Shown piece after piece: positions 36,980 to 49,529 of a stretch of DNA of 64,000 nt; the stretch's first letter is position 1, and each line of letters opens with the position of its first letter. The position numbers and the translations under genes are program-made. The notes under the pieces are model-generated. The model did no database searches. It was given only the letters and a program-made list of their open reading frames with translations, and had not been told where the DNA came from. This DNA comes from Octopus bimaculoides (Eukaryota), in contig NC_068982.1 in the NCBI RefSeq assembly GCF_001194135.2, positions 5,167,378 to 5,231,377 of the forward strand, written 5' to 3'.

Positions 36980-38789
36980 TTCCAAAGTACTATTGCTGAA
37001 TATCTCTCTCGTTGTGAGATTTACAAATAGTAATTTTCTAAGAAATCTTTGTTTTGAAGTTGTAGTAAGTGAGTTATTGTTTAGCTAAGGTCAGCCTTGT
37101 CCGAGTAGACTGAAGATCAAAGGAATTGCTGTTATAGCCAACTTGTCTTTCTCTCAAGTATTGTGTATTTAAAATTCTGTTATCCAATGTGATTGTCTCT
37201 TATTCAAGATGTCAGTGTGTAATTGAAGGAAGGTTTGACTACTAATTCTACCATGTAGAAGATCCTACATCCTGCATCTATCAAGAAGAACCAGTGAAAG
37301 ATCTAAGTGGTCATACAACCTAGTAGAAATAGCAGCCAAATTGTCCTCAAATCAGTGATAAAAAAAAAATCTCAGAAGAGCTGAACAGCAGGTCTCCAGA
37401 GAAGAAACCCCACTCAGGCAAGTGTTTCAGCCTTTAACTTCTTACACTCATAAGGGGCCAAGCTGCATCCAGGTCATGACTCTAGGCTGCATCCAGTTCA
37501 TGCCCTTCTGCTGATAATTTTTAATCACTTGTATATCGAACACTTGTGCAATTTGGAGATTTCATCAGGTTGTAACTCTTCTCTTTTTACTTGGCTTTCA
37601 AACTCATATGTAAAGAAGAAACAGCATTGGTTGTCATGGTAGCAATGCAACATCAATGGTATCACAAACACTCACTCAGAGTTACTTCCTTTAGCATTTA
37701 CATAAAAAAATTTTAAAAATATGTCCTTCAAATGACATGAAGATCGTCTCTGCTCTTCTCCAACCAAATCCAGCTGGAACACCTCCCTACCGAATGTGAC
37801 ACATTGCTCAGGACCCCAGCCCTGTTTCTTGCAGAAATGCTTACCATCTTCACAAAGATATGACTCATCAGATAATGGAATCTAAGATACACTATATCAA
37901 GCAGTGATGGGATGGCAAACACAGACACAAAGACACACACACATTTACAATAGGCTTCTTTCAGTTTTCATCTACCAAATCCACTCACAAGGCTTTGGTC
38001 AGAGAAGATGGTCATGGCTGGAATACCCTTGGTCATAGGCGTATGCTAACTTAGACTAGCCAAAAGATAAACACAAGGGAAAGCAACAACTCCCTACCCC
38101 AAAAAATCAAAAACCATTGACAATCATAGATAGGTGCAGGTGTGGCTGTGCGGTAAGAAGTTTGCTTCCCAACCACATAGTTCTGGGTTCAGTCCCACAG
38201 CATGGAACATTGGGCAAGTGTCTTCTACTTTAACCTTAGGCTGACCAAAGCCCTGTGAGTGGATTTGGTAGATGAAAACTGAAAGAAGGTTGTTGTAAAT
38301 GTGTGTGTGTGTGTGTCTTTGTGTCTGTGTTTGTCCCTCACCACTGCTTGACAACCGGTGTTGGTGTGTTTACATCCCTGTAACTTAGCTGTTTGGCAAC
38401 AAAAAAAAAAACATAGAATAAGTACCAGGCTTCAAGAAATGTTTGCTGGGATTGATTTATTCAATGCAAAATTCTTCCAAGCAGTGCCCCAGCATGACCG
38501 CAGTCTATTGACTGAAACAAGTAAAAGACTAAAGATAAAGAATGGAATATAAAAGAAAAATCATTAACAATCATAATTAACCCATTTTCTCAGTGAAATT
38601 TAAATTTCATAGCTTATTTGTTGTCAATGGCAACCAAAATACAGTCAAGTGCAAAAGTAGGTATACAATTAAGACAAAAAAAAACATGTATAATAGTCAT
38701 TTATTTTTATTAAAAAAATTTTAAATTAGCCTCATTTCAATGATAATACTTTTATCATAACTTCTAATTATTTTGATAAAAATAAATGA

Positions 38790-40140
38790 GTATTGTATGT
38801 AGCACGGAATTTTGTCAGTGAACAGATCACGGTCCTAAAGCGATGAAAATATTTGGACAAATTAAATTTAAATGTTGAAGTGAATCTAACAGTTTTTTGT
38901 GTGTTTTTAAATGGCTTATAAACACTTTCAATGTTGCAATTGTTTTTGTTCCAGCACACAATCTCAGATCAGGTCACTTGCTATGCAAGTACATCTCCAT
39001 AAAGTATTGTATGTTTTTTTTCCTTTTTTTTTTCATAACTGTATACTTACTTTTGCACCTCTCTGTATATTAGAAATACTTTTATGTTAGCTAAAAATAT
39101 TAAGTGACCTGGTACTAGAAAATCACCTTGCAAAAACTGACAAAGTGGCCTTTTCCTTATATTCTTGAAAAAACGAAAACAAAATTAGAAATGGAAGTTG
39201 TTGTTAACTTTTAAATAACAAATGGTATGAATCAGATGTGAGGAGAACGGTGGATTTCTCAGACAGGATGAGAATGGTAGAAATAATGCCACTCAGATTC
39301 TTCTTATTTACATTTCCTTCTTCCTATTATTTNNNNNNNNNNGGACTGGCTCCTGTGCAGGTGGCACATAAAAAACATCATTTGAGCGTGGCTGTTGCCA
39401 GTACCGCCTCACTGGTCCTTGTGCCGGCGGCATATACAAGCACCCACTGCACTCTCGGAGTGGTTGGCGTTAGGAAGGGCATCCAGCTGTAGAAACTCTG
39501 CCAAATCAGATTGGAGCCTGGTGCAGCCATCTAGTTCCCCAGTCCTCAGTCAAATCGTCCAACCTATGCCAGCATGGAAAGCGGACGTTAAATAATAATG
39601 ATGATGATGATACACATATATATGCTGCATGGAATTTTGTCAGTGAACAGGTTGTGGTCTCAAAGCAACAAAAATATTTTGGCAAATTAAATTTAAATGT
39701 TGAAGTGAATCTAACAGTTTTTTGTGTGTTTTTAAATGGCTTATAAACACTTTCAATGTTGCAATTGTTTTTGTTCCAGCACACAATCTCAGATCAGGTC
39801 ACTTGCTATGCAAGTACATCTCCATAAAGTATTGTATGTTTTTTTTCCTTTTTTTTTTCATAACTGTATACTTACTTTTGCACCTCTCTGTATATTAGAA
39901 ATACNNNNNNNNNNNNNNNNNNNNNNNNNNNNNNNNNNNNNNNNNNNNNNNNNNNNNNNNNNNNNNNNNNNNNNNNNNNNNNNNNNNNNNNNNNAATGGA
40001 AGTTGTTGTTAACTTTTAAATAACAAATGGTATGAATCAGATGTGAGGAGAACGGTGGATTTCTCAGACAGGATGAGAATGGTAGAAATAATGCCACTCA
40101 GATTCTTCTTATTTACATTTCCTTCTTCCTATTATTTTAA
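38790..40140. repeat. Near-identical ~540-bp direct duplication (38790-39332 vs 39620-40138) separated by a gap and a SINE
   Basis: Identical by eye from atttaaatgttgaagtgaatc to cctattattt; N-gaps at 39333-39342 and 39905-39994. Confidence 0.85.
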
Positions 40141-40799
40141 CAACAGATTTCTATTTTAGGGCTACATCTTTTTTCTTTTGTTCTTTTACTTCTTTCGGTC
40201 ATTAGACTACGGCCATGCTGGAGCACTACCTTGAAGAATTCCAGTTGAATTTCAGTTTTCCCTTTTCAAACCTGGTCTTTATTCTACTGATCTCTTTTGC
40301 CGAACCGCTAAGTTATGGGGATATAAACACAAACACAAAGACACACACATATATGTGCATATGTCCTTCTGTTTCCTGCAACCAAATCCAGTCACAAGGC
40401 TTTGATCAGCCCAGGGCTATAGAAGAAGATACTTGCCACACAGTGAGATTGAACCTGGAAGCATGCGATAGGGAGTTAAGCTTCTTACCATGCAGCCATG
40501 CCTGTGCCTATAATATCTTCATAGAAAGACAAAAAGGATAGAAAAGAAAAAAAAAGCACAACCCACAGGCTATGTGGTTAAGAAGTTCACTTTAGAACTA
40601 TGTGGTTTCAGGTTCAATCCATGTATGAAGTACCTTGGGCAAATGTCTTCTACGATAACCCTTATCTGGTCAATGCTTTGCTAATGAATTCAGTTGAATG
40701 GATCTGTATTAAAAAAAACCCCACCATACACACATATGTATCACCATCATCATCGTCATCATCATCATCAAATTGACCATGCATTCTTTTCTTTACCCA

Positions 40800-41360
40800 C
40801 CTATTTTCAGTTTCATTCGTTTTCAATTTCTTGTATAGTGCTTTATCTTTGCAATCCCTTGTTGCATAATTCTTCTTGATATACTTTTAGTACTTCTTCC
40901 TTTGTTTTTCCCTTTTTACTCTGCTCTCAATACTCCCTCATTCCTAACCGTCACGAGCAAGGTTTCCTTACTTTGCGCTAAGTATTTCATTAAACTCTTG
41001 AGTTCGATACGCACGCAGTCTTCCACACTTATCAGCCCCCTTCTTCTAATTGCTCTCTTCATGTACAGGTGGTCAGTGTCTGCAGGTGGATGATGGGCTT
41101 GATGCATCGTTAAGAGCTTTCTTGACTTCCTGTCCATCTCCTTTAGCTCCTCCTCTGTCCACTTCAGAATTCCAGTGCCATACCAAACTACTGTGACTGC
41201 GTGTGAGTTTATGGCTGAAATTATGCTTCTGGCATTCAGCTTTGAGGCCAATATTTTTCTCACTCACCACAGGTACTCTCTTCTTGTCTTTTCTTTCATG
41301 CCGTGGTGTTTGATTCCATCTGCCCCAAGTATTCCCAGGTATTTAAAGCTGGATTGGGGT
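40800..41360 (-). mobile_element. R4/Dong-clade (RLE) non-LTR retrotransposon internal fragment
   Basis: KYLGILGADGIKHHGMKEKTRREYLW*VRKILASKLNARSIISAINSHAV...WTEEELKEMDRKSRKLLTMH..HPPADTDHLYMKRAIRRRGLISVEDC matches the post-RT region of R4/Dong ORFs (KYLG; DRKTRK; RLY..R..GGRGL). Confidence 0.85.
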
Positions 41361-41520
41361 TGAATTACCTTCATCATTTCACCACTTGGCAACCATATGC
41401 CTTCTGTCCTGTATTCATCATCATCATCATGTTGTCATCGTCATTGTTTAACGTCTGCTTTCCATGCTGGCATGGGTTGGATAGTTTGACTGAGGACTGG
41501 TGAGCCAGAAGGCTGCACCA

Positions 41521-41748
41521 CAAGGCGACGAGTTGGCAGAAACGTTAGCACGCTGGGCGAAATGCTTAACGGTATTTCGTCTGCCGCTATGTTCTGAGTT
41601 CAAATTCCTCCGAGGTTGACTTTGCCTTTCATCCTTTCGGGGTTGATTAAATAAGTACCAGTTACGCACTGGGGGTTGATGTAATCGACTTAATCCCATT
41701 GTCTGTTCTAGTTTGTCCCCTCTATGTTTAGTCCCTTGTGGGCAAATA
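41521..41748 (+). mobile_element. Full-length family-2 (Nin-like) SINE, tail variant A, nested in a family-3 SINE (41415-41890, minus)
   Basis: 14-bp TSD agaaggctgcacca (41507-41520, 41749-41762) splits the host SINE tail; B-box-like GAGTTCAAATTCC. Confidence 0.92.
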
Positions 41749-42028
41749 AGAAGGCTGCACCAGGCTCCAATCCGATCTGGCAAAGTTTCTACAGCTGGAT
41801 GCCCTTACTAACACCAACCACTCTGAAAGTGTAATGGGTGCTTTTTATGTGCCACCGGCACGAGGGCCAGTCAGGCGGTACTGGCATTATTATTATTATT
41901 ATTATTATTATTANNNNNNNNNNNNNNNNNNNNNNNNNNNNNNNNNNNNNNNNNNNNNNNNNNNNNNNNNNNNNNNNNNNNNNNNNNNNNNNNNNNNNNN
42001 NNNNNNNNNNNNNNNNNNNNNNNNNNNN

Positions 42029-42246
42029 GTCTTATTTTTATAACATGCTTTCACTACACTACCGAGCACTGATCTGTGCGCCTTGGGTATGTACTGTGGT
42101 TTGTTGTGATGCTCTTATGGTTACTGTTTTGAAAGCGTTTTAAGTAGAATGTGTGTGGTGCCTAGTGGTGTTATTTTCTGTATGTTATATATACTTGTTA
42201 GTCCTGATGTTTTTGTTATGCATTTGTCTGAACGTTTTTTTAATCA

Positions 42247-42248
<2 letters not shown>
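42029..42248 (-). mobile_element. 3' end of R4/Dong-like LINE embedded in (TTA)n
   Basis: Minus frame ...IYNIQKITPLGTTHILLKTLSKQ* resembles the R4/Dong C-terminal LQK..LLGTAHILRK.L, followed by the 3' UTR. (TTA)n lies on both sides (one side across a gap). Confidence 0.8.
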
Positions 42249-42285
<37 letters not shown>

Positions 42286-42317
42286 CATCATTATTATTAT
42301 TACTATTTTATTATTAC

Positions 42318-42380
<63 letters not shown>

Positions 42381-43251
42381 CATTATTTTGTAATTTATAA
42401 ATCACACACTTTTCATATATACAGCTTTTAAAATTTCACTTTCTTTTCCAAAGATTAATTCCTAGATATGATTTATCAGTTATCTTCTTTCCTTTTCCAC
42501 CAACGTTATTCCTTAAATCAAAGCACACTCGAAATTAATGGTGTTACGTAGATATTCTTTGTTTTTAACCTATTTCTTCATTATAATAAGGTTTGCAGTG
42601 TGGAATGGTTTTATCAACCACAGTTATAGTTTTATATTTTTAGATTCCTTTTAATCACACCTTATAAAATTTTCGAGGTATCAATTTACTTTAGTTTGCT
42701 AAATTTTCACACACTTATAGAAACCTCTCCAGCGTTTTGCCTTCTCTTACACAGTTCTCTTGTACCTTCTCTTCTTCGTATCTGTTCTTCGAGTCAGAAT
42801 CACTGGAAGGTAATGTGATACAGTGTTTATTTTCAATCCTTTTTACCTCACAACAATGTTTTAACACTTCTGTTGCCTTGTAGCCACGCAATTCTTTACT
42901 CGGTTTATATCAGGAATAAGTGTTATCGGTACTTCTCTTTTGTTGATTTCTGCTTTAAACAATTTCATTATGGAAGTTAATGGTCATATTCTTGCTTTCC
43001 ATTCCATCACATGTTGCCAAGACTAAAGAGAAACACTACTTCCTGCAAGATAAATTCTGGCATTTTCTGTTTTAAATGTTTAGCACAGGTGCAGGTGTGG
43101 CTGTGTAGTAAGAAGCTTCCTTCCCAACCACATGTTTCCGGGTTCAGTCGCACTATGTGGTACCTTGACCAAGAGTCTTCTGCTACAGCCTCAGGCTGAC
43201 CAAAGTCTTGAGTGTGGATTTAGTACATGGAATCTGAAAGAAGTTTGTCAT

Positions 43252-43337
<86 letters not shown>

Positions 43338-44116
43338 TCATCATCGTTTAACGTCCGCTTTCCATGCTAGCATGGGTTGGAGGATTTGACTGAGGACTGG
43401 TGAACCAGGTGGTTACACCAGGCGCCAATCTGATTTGGCAGAGTTTCTACAGCTGGATGCCCTTCCTAACGCCAACCACTCCGAGAGTGTAGTGGGTGCT
43501 TTTATGTGCCACTGGCAGTACTGGCAACAGCCACGCTCAAAATGGTGTCTTGATGTAAATTTTCATGCTGAATAAGAATTTGGGACTTATTTATACTCAG
43601 AAAGATTTAGGAAAATGTTACAGAGGTTCAAAGTTTGATAATATTTAGTCCAATGAGAAAAAAGGAATCAGAAGCTATCATTTTCTGCATGACAGCTTTC
43701 TGACCACAAAAGATAGGCAGAAGTAACTTAGGCATAAAATGATGTCGCTTGTCAAAACTTGTGGTGGTGGTTGCGGTGGTGAAAGTGTCACAGTTGTGCA
43801 GTCTACAGAGTTCTTATTACAATGAAAACAAAGCAGAGAACATCTTTGCTTGTTACTATGGAAACAAACATCAATATGAGATTTATGATAATGTGTATAA
43901 TGGTGGCTTTCAATTGGTTAAAATTACCCAAAATTTGCAAACTTTAAAAGTTAATTTTTTAAAATTAATTTATGGCAAAAATGAATTTCATTTTCATAAT
44001 TAGCATACAAAACTAAATCAGCAGAACCAAATTTGAAAATATTTGGAACAATATTGAAATAATATGAAATCTGTGACGGCAACTGAAAAGAGCCTGTGTA
44101 TGTGCATTGATGGTTT

Positions 44117-44767
44117 AATCAGGAGGAAAGAGTTTTGTCACATTTCCCTCAAAGAAAAACAGGCCATGAAGATGCTTCTTGGAGATGGCGCAGAACACAT
44201 TCCCTTTTGGTGAGTCCCTCTTATGCTCAACTGTGGCATGGGGATATTCTTCAGCCCAAATGTGAATATTATGCTTATTGACTTTGCTATTCGTATGAAA
44301 TGTGGCCTCATCAATGAAAACAAGAGGTTCCTTGAACTTGGCTTCTTCAAGTTTCTCTTGCATATCAACACAGAATTGTTTGCACTTTCGTTTGCCATCT
44401 GCTGTTATGGCCTGAACAAGCTGCCACTTGTAGGGTTTCATTAGCAAGCCTTTCCTCAGGACATGCCAAACTGTCGTTGGAAGAATCTGGGTTCCAGACT
44501 TGTTCATCTTATGGAGTTCTTGGGGCTTCACAAGAGTTTTTGGTGAACCCACTCGACCATCACTTCTGGTGTTTGTGGTCGTCCAAATCCTTTTGCCCTG
44601 CACAGACAGCCTTATTCTTTGAATTCTTTGTGCCATGTCCAAATCTACATTTCCATTGGTGACTTTTCAGAGAACTCTCTCACAAAGGCAGGCTGCACAG
44701 ACTTGTTCGATTGTATTCAAGCATACTACAACACACAAAACACTTTTTCTCTTCCATTGAATGCCAT
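44117..44767 (-). pseudogene. Decayed Tc1/mariner (maT/DD37D-like) transposase, N-terminal two-thirds
   Basis: ATG at 44767 (MAFNGREKVFCVL*..) continues to TQILPTTVWHVLRKGLLMKPYKWQLVQAI..LVFIDEATFHTNSKVNKHNIHIWAEEYPH..SPKGNVFCAIS..GLFFFEGNVT, with stops and frameshifts. Confidence 0.9.
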
Positions 44768-46864
44768 TTCTATATCTGATAGGTTTCTCTTAAACCTATC
44801 AAACATTAAACATACAATTTTGACCTGTTTCTTGATACTGCTATCCACTCTCTTTATGTTTATATTCCTGTATGTATGCATGTACATTTATATGCAAATA
44901 TCATCATCAACATCATTTTACATTCACTTTCCATGTGATTACACACATAAATATAATTGTGTTGTGTGTATGTATGTATGTATGTGTGTGTGTGTGTGTG
45001 TGTGTTTATATTTATACATATTTATATATATATATATTGAAAACTTCTTATGATAGCATGAAATTGTAACATTATCACTAACTTCTTAGTCATGATTAGC
45101 ACAAGCGAAACCGGTCGACTATGTAAATAGTTTATATATANNNNNNNNNNNNNNNNNNNNNNNNNNNNNNNNNNNNNNNNNNNNNNNNNNNNNNNNNNNN
45201 NNNNNNNNNNNNNNNNNNNNNNNNNNNNNNNNNNNNNNNNNNNNNNNNNNNNNNNNNNNNNNNNNNNNNNNNNNNNNNNNNNNNNNNNNNNNNNNNNNNN
45301 NNNNNNNNNNNNNNNNNNNNNNNNNNNNNNNNNNNNNNNNNNNNNNNNNNNNNNNNNNNNNNNNNNNNNNNNNNNNNNNNNNNNNNNNNNNNNNNNNNNN
45401 NNNNNNNNNNNNNNNNNNNNNNNNNNNNNNNNNNNNNNNNNNNNNNNNNNNNNNNNNNNNNNNNNNNNNNNNNNNNNNNNNNNNNNNNNNNNNNNNNNNN
45501 NNNNNNNNNNNNNNNNNNNNNNNNNNNNNNNNNNNNNNNNNNNNNNNNNNNNNNNNNNNNNNNNNNNNNNNNNNNNNNNNNNNNNNNNNNNNNNNNNNNN
45601 NNNNNNNNNNNNNNNNNNNNNNNNNNNNNNNNNNNNNNNNNNNNNNNNNNNNNNNNNNNNNNNNNNNNNNNNNNNNNNNNNNNNNNNNNNNNNNNNNNNN
45701 NNNNNNNNNNNNNNNNNNNNNNNNNNNNNNNNNNNNNNNNNNNNNNNNNNNNNNNNNNNNNNNNNNNNNNNNNNNNNNNNNNNNNNNNNNNNNNNNNNNN
45801 NNNNNNNNNNNNNNNNNNNNNNNNNNNNNNNNNNNNNNNNNNNNNNNNNNNNNNNNNNNNNNNNNNNNNNTATATATATATATATATATGCTTTATTAAA
45901 AAAGCCACAAAGTTATCATATTACTCTACCTCCGGTATTCGAGTACTACTTTTTCCACCTTGTTTCGCATTTATGTGTTTATTTTGGTATATATGTGTGT
46001 GTGTGTGTGCACACACTTGTGCATGTGTGTATGTGTAAGTATATATACATGCACACAGACATATACATATGCATACTTGCACATGCCACTGCTATTATTA
46101 CCATTGCAAAGAAGTTGATTTTTGAGACTGGGTCAATTTAATTGACACCTGAATTAATAACTATTTTCGCATTGTTTTTGCTGGCTTCCCAGTCAACAGA
46201 CGTTGTGGTGCCTTATTATCCTGTTCATTAGACCATACTTTCTGTTAAAAGAAAAAATTTATTAATGGAGTGATCTGCAGAAAAATGTTATAATCAATAT
46301 TGAAAAATTTTATAATTAAATTTTACTTTATTAGAATTTGTTCACTTTCTTATAATGTTATTATTATAATTATTATTTAAATTTCAGATTATTTCAGATT
46401 TATTAAAATACAATGGCTATGATCACATGTCTTCTAACCATGCCCATCCCCATCCATCATTTTGTCTACCTAGAACTACACTGTTTAATGTGTTGTTCTG
46501 TTTTTTTAGAACAATACGATGTAATTTTAGAGAATCCTTTGGTACTGTAGCAGGTTAAGTGCCTATAGTGGCTTTCCTGTTGGCCTGTTGGTTATGGCAT
46601 AAATATGGTAGGCTATTGACCGCTTAATTATTAGCTCAAACTTTACTATTACAGTCACAACAATATATTCTCTTGGACAATTCAGATGATAATACTTGAC
46701 TCAACTTGACCAGCTGAAAGTAGATTCTATTCCTATGTTTTGGTTCTGAAATTAACAAGAGGAAGGATGTGCAGAGATAAAAACAATTGGTTCTTCACTT
46801 GAAAGTACTTTGAATTTGGAAAACCCATCTCATTAATTTTAGTATTGAAATGCAAATGTAAAAT

Positions 46865-47040
46865 GGTGCTTCATCGGTTATAAGGACAAGTGTCCCAGTT
46901 GATTTGATCAATAGAGAACTGCCTGCTTATGAAATTAACATGCAAGTGGCTCAGCATGTACATTAAGGGTACATTAAGAGTACATGTGTTACCCTTAATG
47001 TAGTTCCCGAGGAGAATCAGCATGACACAGAATCACTAGC
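46865..47040 (-). mobile_element. Degenerate tRNA-SINE 3' portion
   Basis: Reverse complement of gtcatgctgattctcctcgggaactacattaagggtaacacatg...ccacttgcatgttaatttcataagcaggcag; classification recalled, not searched. Confidence 0.45.
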
Positions 47041-48507
47041 GTTACTAGAGTGTGTGCTGCCCAGGGTGGCCCTTCCATTTATCACCTCCAGGACCCCACA
47101 AAAAACACTTATTGCCTACAGCAATAGCCTATGACAGGATGAAAAGTGCCAACCCTTTAAAAGTGCTGCCCGGGGCAGATCACTCCTACCTCTCCCCCAG
47201 ATATGCTAGTACAACGAATGTGACAAGGCTTGTACTTTCAAACCACAGATACAACTCATGTTTGCCCATTGAATGAACTGGAGCAATGTGAAATAAAGTG
47301 TCTTGCTCAAGGACACGATGTGTCACCAGGAATTGAACACACATCCTTACAATTATGAGCTGAATACCCTAACCACGAAGACATGTGCCTTCAAGTGCAA
47401 ATGTAAAAGCGGGAAAAAAAGCCATCAGCAGTTCCAGCAGATTCTTCATTTAGACATTTTAGAAGTAGAAAGTGTGTTAGCTGGTCAGAAATATAAAAAT
47501 ATTGCATTCCAAGAATATGCCTTTAGGGTAGTTGGTGAAATTCCATAAGAAAATAATTTGAGGCAACAATAACAATCTCAGTACATTCATGAAATCAGAC
47601 AGATCAATTCTCATCAATCACTTGAGTATTCATATTAAAATCATTCAAAATAGCCAATATTTTTCCTTGGTGGCTGTTATTGTATTCAAGAACAGAAATC
47701 AGATAATCGTTATTTAGGTCATCTGATAAAAATACTATTTATAGTTGCACAATAAAGACTATTATAACAGGATTCTAATATTTTGGATAAATTTCATATA
47801 TTTTAAATGCACTTAGTTTTGCCGTGTAAGCATTTTGAGTTCAAAGCCAAATTTAATGTGGAATATATTTAACGAATTATCTCAACTTGGGACATTTTAG
47901 GTCCGTTGAAATCCAATGTAATCCAAATAAATTATTTATGTATAATTCCTGCACAACACAATTGCATTTTTATGTAAAAAAATTCATAATAAATCACAGA
48001 CATTACCTCCATAATTACCATTTTTTGAATTTCTTATCAAATCTACTCATACACTTCACTCTTCCATTTCTTTAGAGACAGTCCATGATGTAGAAGACGT
48101 GTAGTTCCAGTTGGCTCTTACCATTTATCACTATAAATAATGACTCAAGCTTTCATGAATCTGATATTTCAGTTGGTTCAATTATTATTATCTTGAGACT
48201 TGTATGTTTTTTACAAAGCTCTTCCATTACAATACGACTCTGAAGTTTCATTTTTGTTATTCAAAACTCTGGATAGAATTATACATAGTTTCCTTCAAAC
48301 ATCTTTTGTCTTTTATCTTTTACTTGTTTCAGTCATTAGACTGTGGCCATACTGGGGCACTGTCTTGAAGAATTTTAGTCAAACATATCAACCCCAGGAC
48401 TTATTCTTTGTAAGATTGGTTCGGAGCTAATGCAGAATCACACCCCGACCCCCTTGAAAAATGCATTTTGCTGGAAAAGTTTATTTGGATCCCTAGGTTT
48501 TACATGT

Positions 48508-48620
48508 TGGAGGGTATATCAGCCGAAACGTTTTGTTAACAACAAACAAGATGAGGACAAATGTCTGTCAAATGTAAATAATGTACTTAGTTCCTCATCT
48601 CTTAAATATAGAACTGAACA
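48508..48620 (+). mobile_element. 5'-truncated copy of hammerhead-motif SINE-like element
   Basis: tggagggtatatcagccgaaacgttttgttaacaacaaacaagatgaggacaaat...ttcctcatctcttaaatatagaactgaa matches the copies at 51 and 58-59 kb. Confidence 0.85.
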
Positions 48621-48628
48621 ATTTCTAG

Positions 48629-49325
48629 AGTTTAGCCAAATGAACATAAAAAGTGCACTTTACATACGTGCTTTAATGAAATTTCCACACTTTAATATAC
48701 AACAATATATTTAAAATGGGGAGATGGTTAAGGGGTGGGGTGAGGGTTTAATATTTTGAAAATTACTTTGCATATTTGTAATCTCCGACATCTAAAGGCT
48801 GGAATCCAAAGAAATTTTTTCGAAAAAATGCATTTTTGATGCATGATTCATTTAAAAGAATATAATTATATTTGACTGGGTAATTTGAATCCTAAAGGGT
48901 TAAATCACTTTAAAACTGGAGGCAATTTGGTATCAAAAGAGTTATAAATGGTAAATTTAGTATCAAGGTTTTTAATGCCATTGCAAACAAACAAACAAAT
49001 TAGGGGCTAATACAAGTTTCGCAACTCACCTTCAAAAATGCATTGTTTTGAAAAGTATTTTTTCAGATTCTTAAGTTTTAGATGTCGGAGATTATGAATA
49101 TGCAAAACAAAAATTTACAAAGTTTTAACCTCTCCCCACACCCCCAATTTTAAATGTATTGTTGTGTATTAAAGTGTGGAAATTGCATTAAAGCTGTTTA
49201 GCCAAATGAACATAGAAAGTGCACTTTACATACTTACTTTAATGAAATTTCCACACCTCAGTATACAACAATATATTTAAAATGGGAAGATGGTTGAGTT
49301 GGGGAGGGGTGGTTAAAATTTGGGA
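48629..49325. mobile_element. MITE-like element with ~170-bp inverted arms (48668-48840 / 49030-49195) plus a ~130-bp direct duplication of its left end
   Basis: gctttaatgaaatttccacactttaatatacaacaat...ctccgacatctaa..aatgcatttttga is mirrored at 49030-49195. ttagccaaatgaacata..aaagtgcactttacatac..aatatatttaaaatggg is repeated at 48631 and 49198. Confidence 0.7.
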
Positions 49326-49443
49326 AATGTTTTTTCCCCTTGGTGCTTATTCTATTGGTCTGTTTTTGCCAAACTACTCAGTTATGGGGACATAAACATA
49401 CCAACACCAGTTGTCAAGGGATGATGGAGTACAAACACAGACA

Positions 49444-49529
<86 letters not shown>

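Noticed and set aside
42380-43010. Purine-biased minus-strand stretch suggestive of a decayed retroelement ORF
   Set aside because: No diagnostic motif recognisable; cannot be classified without a search.
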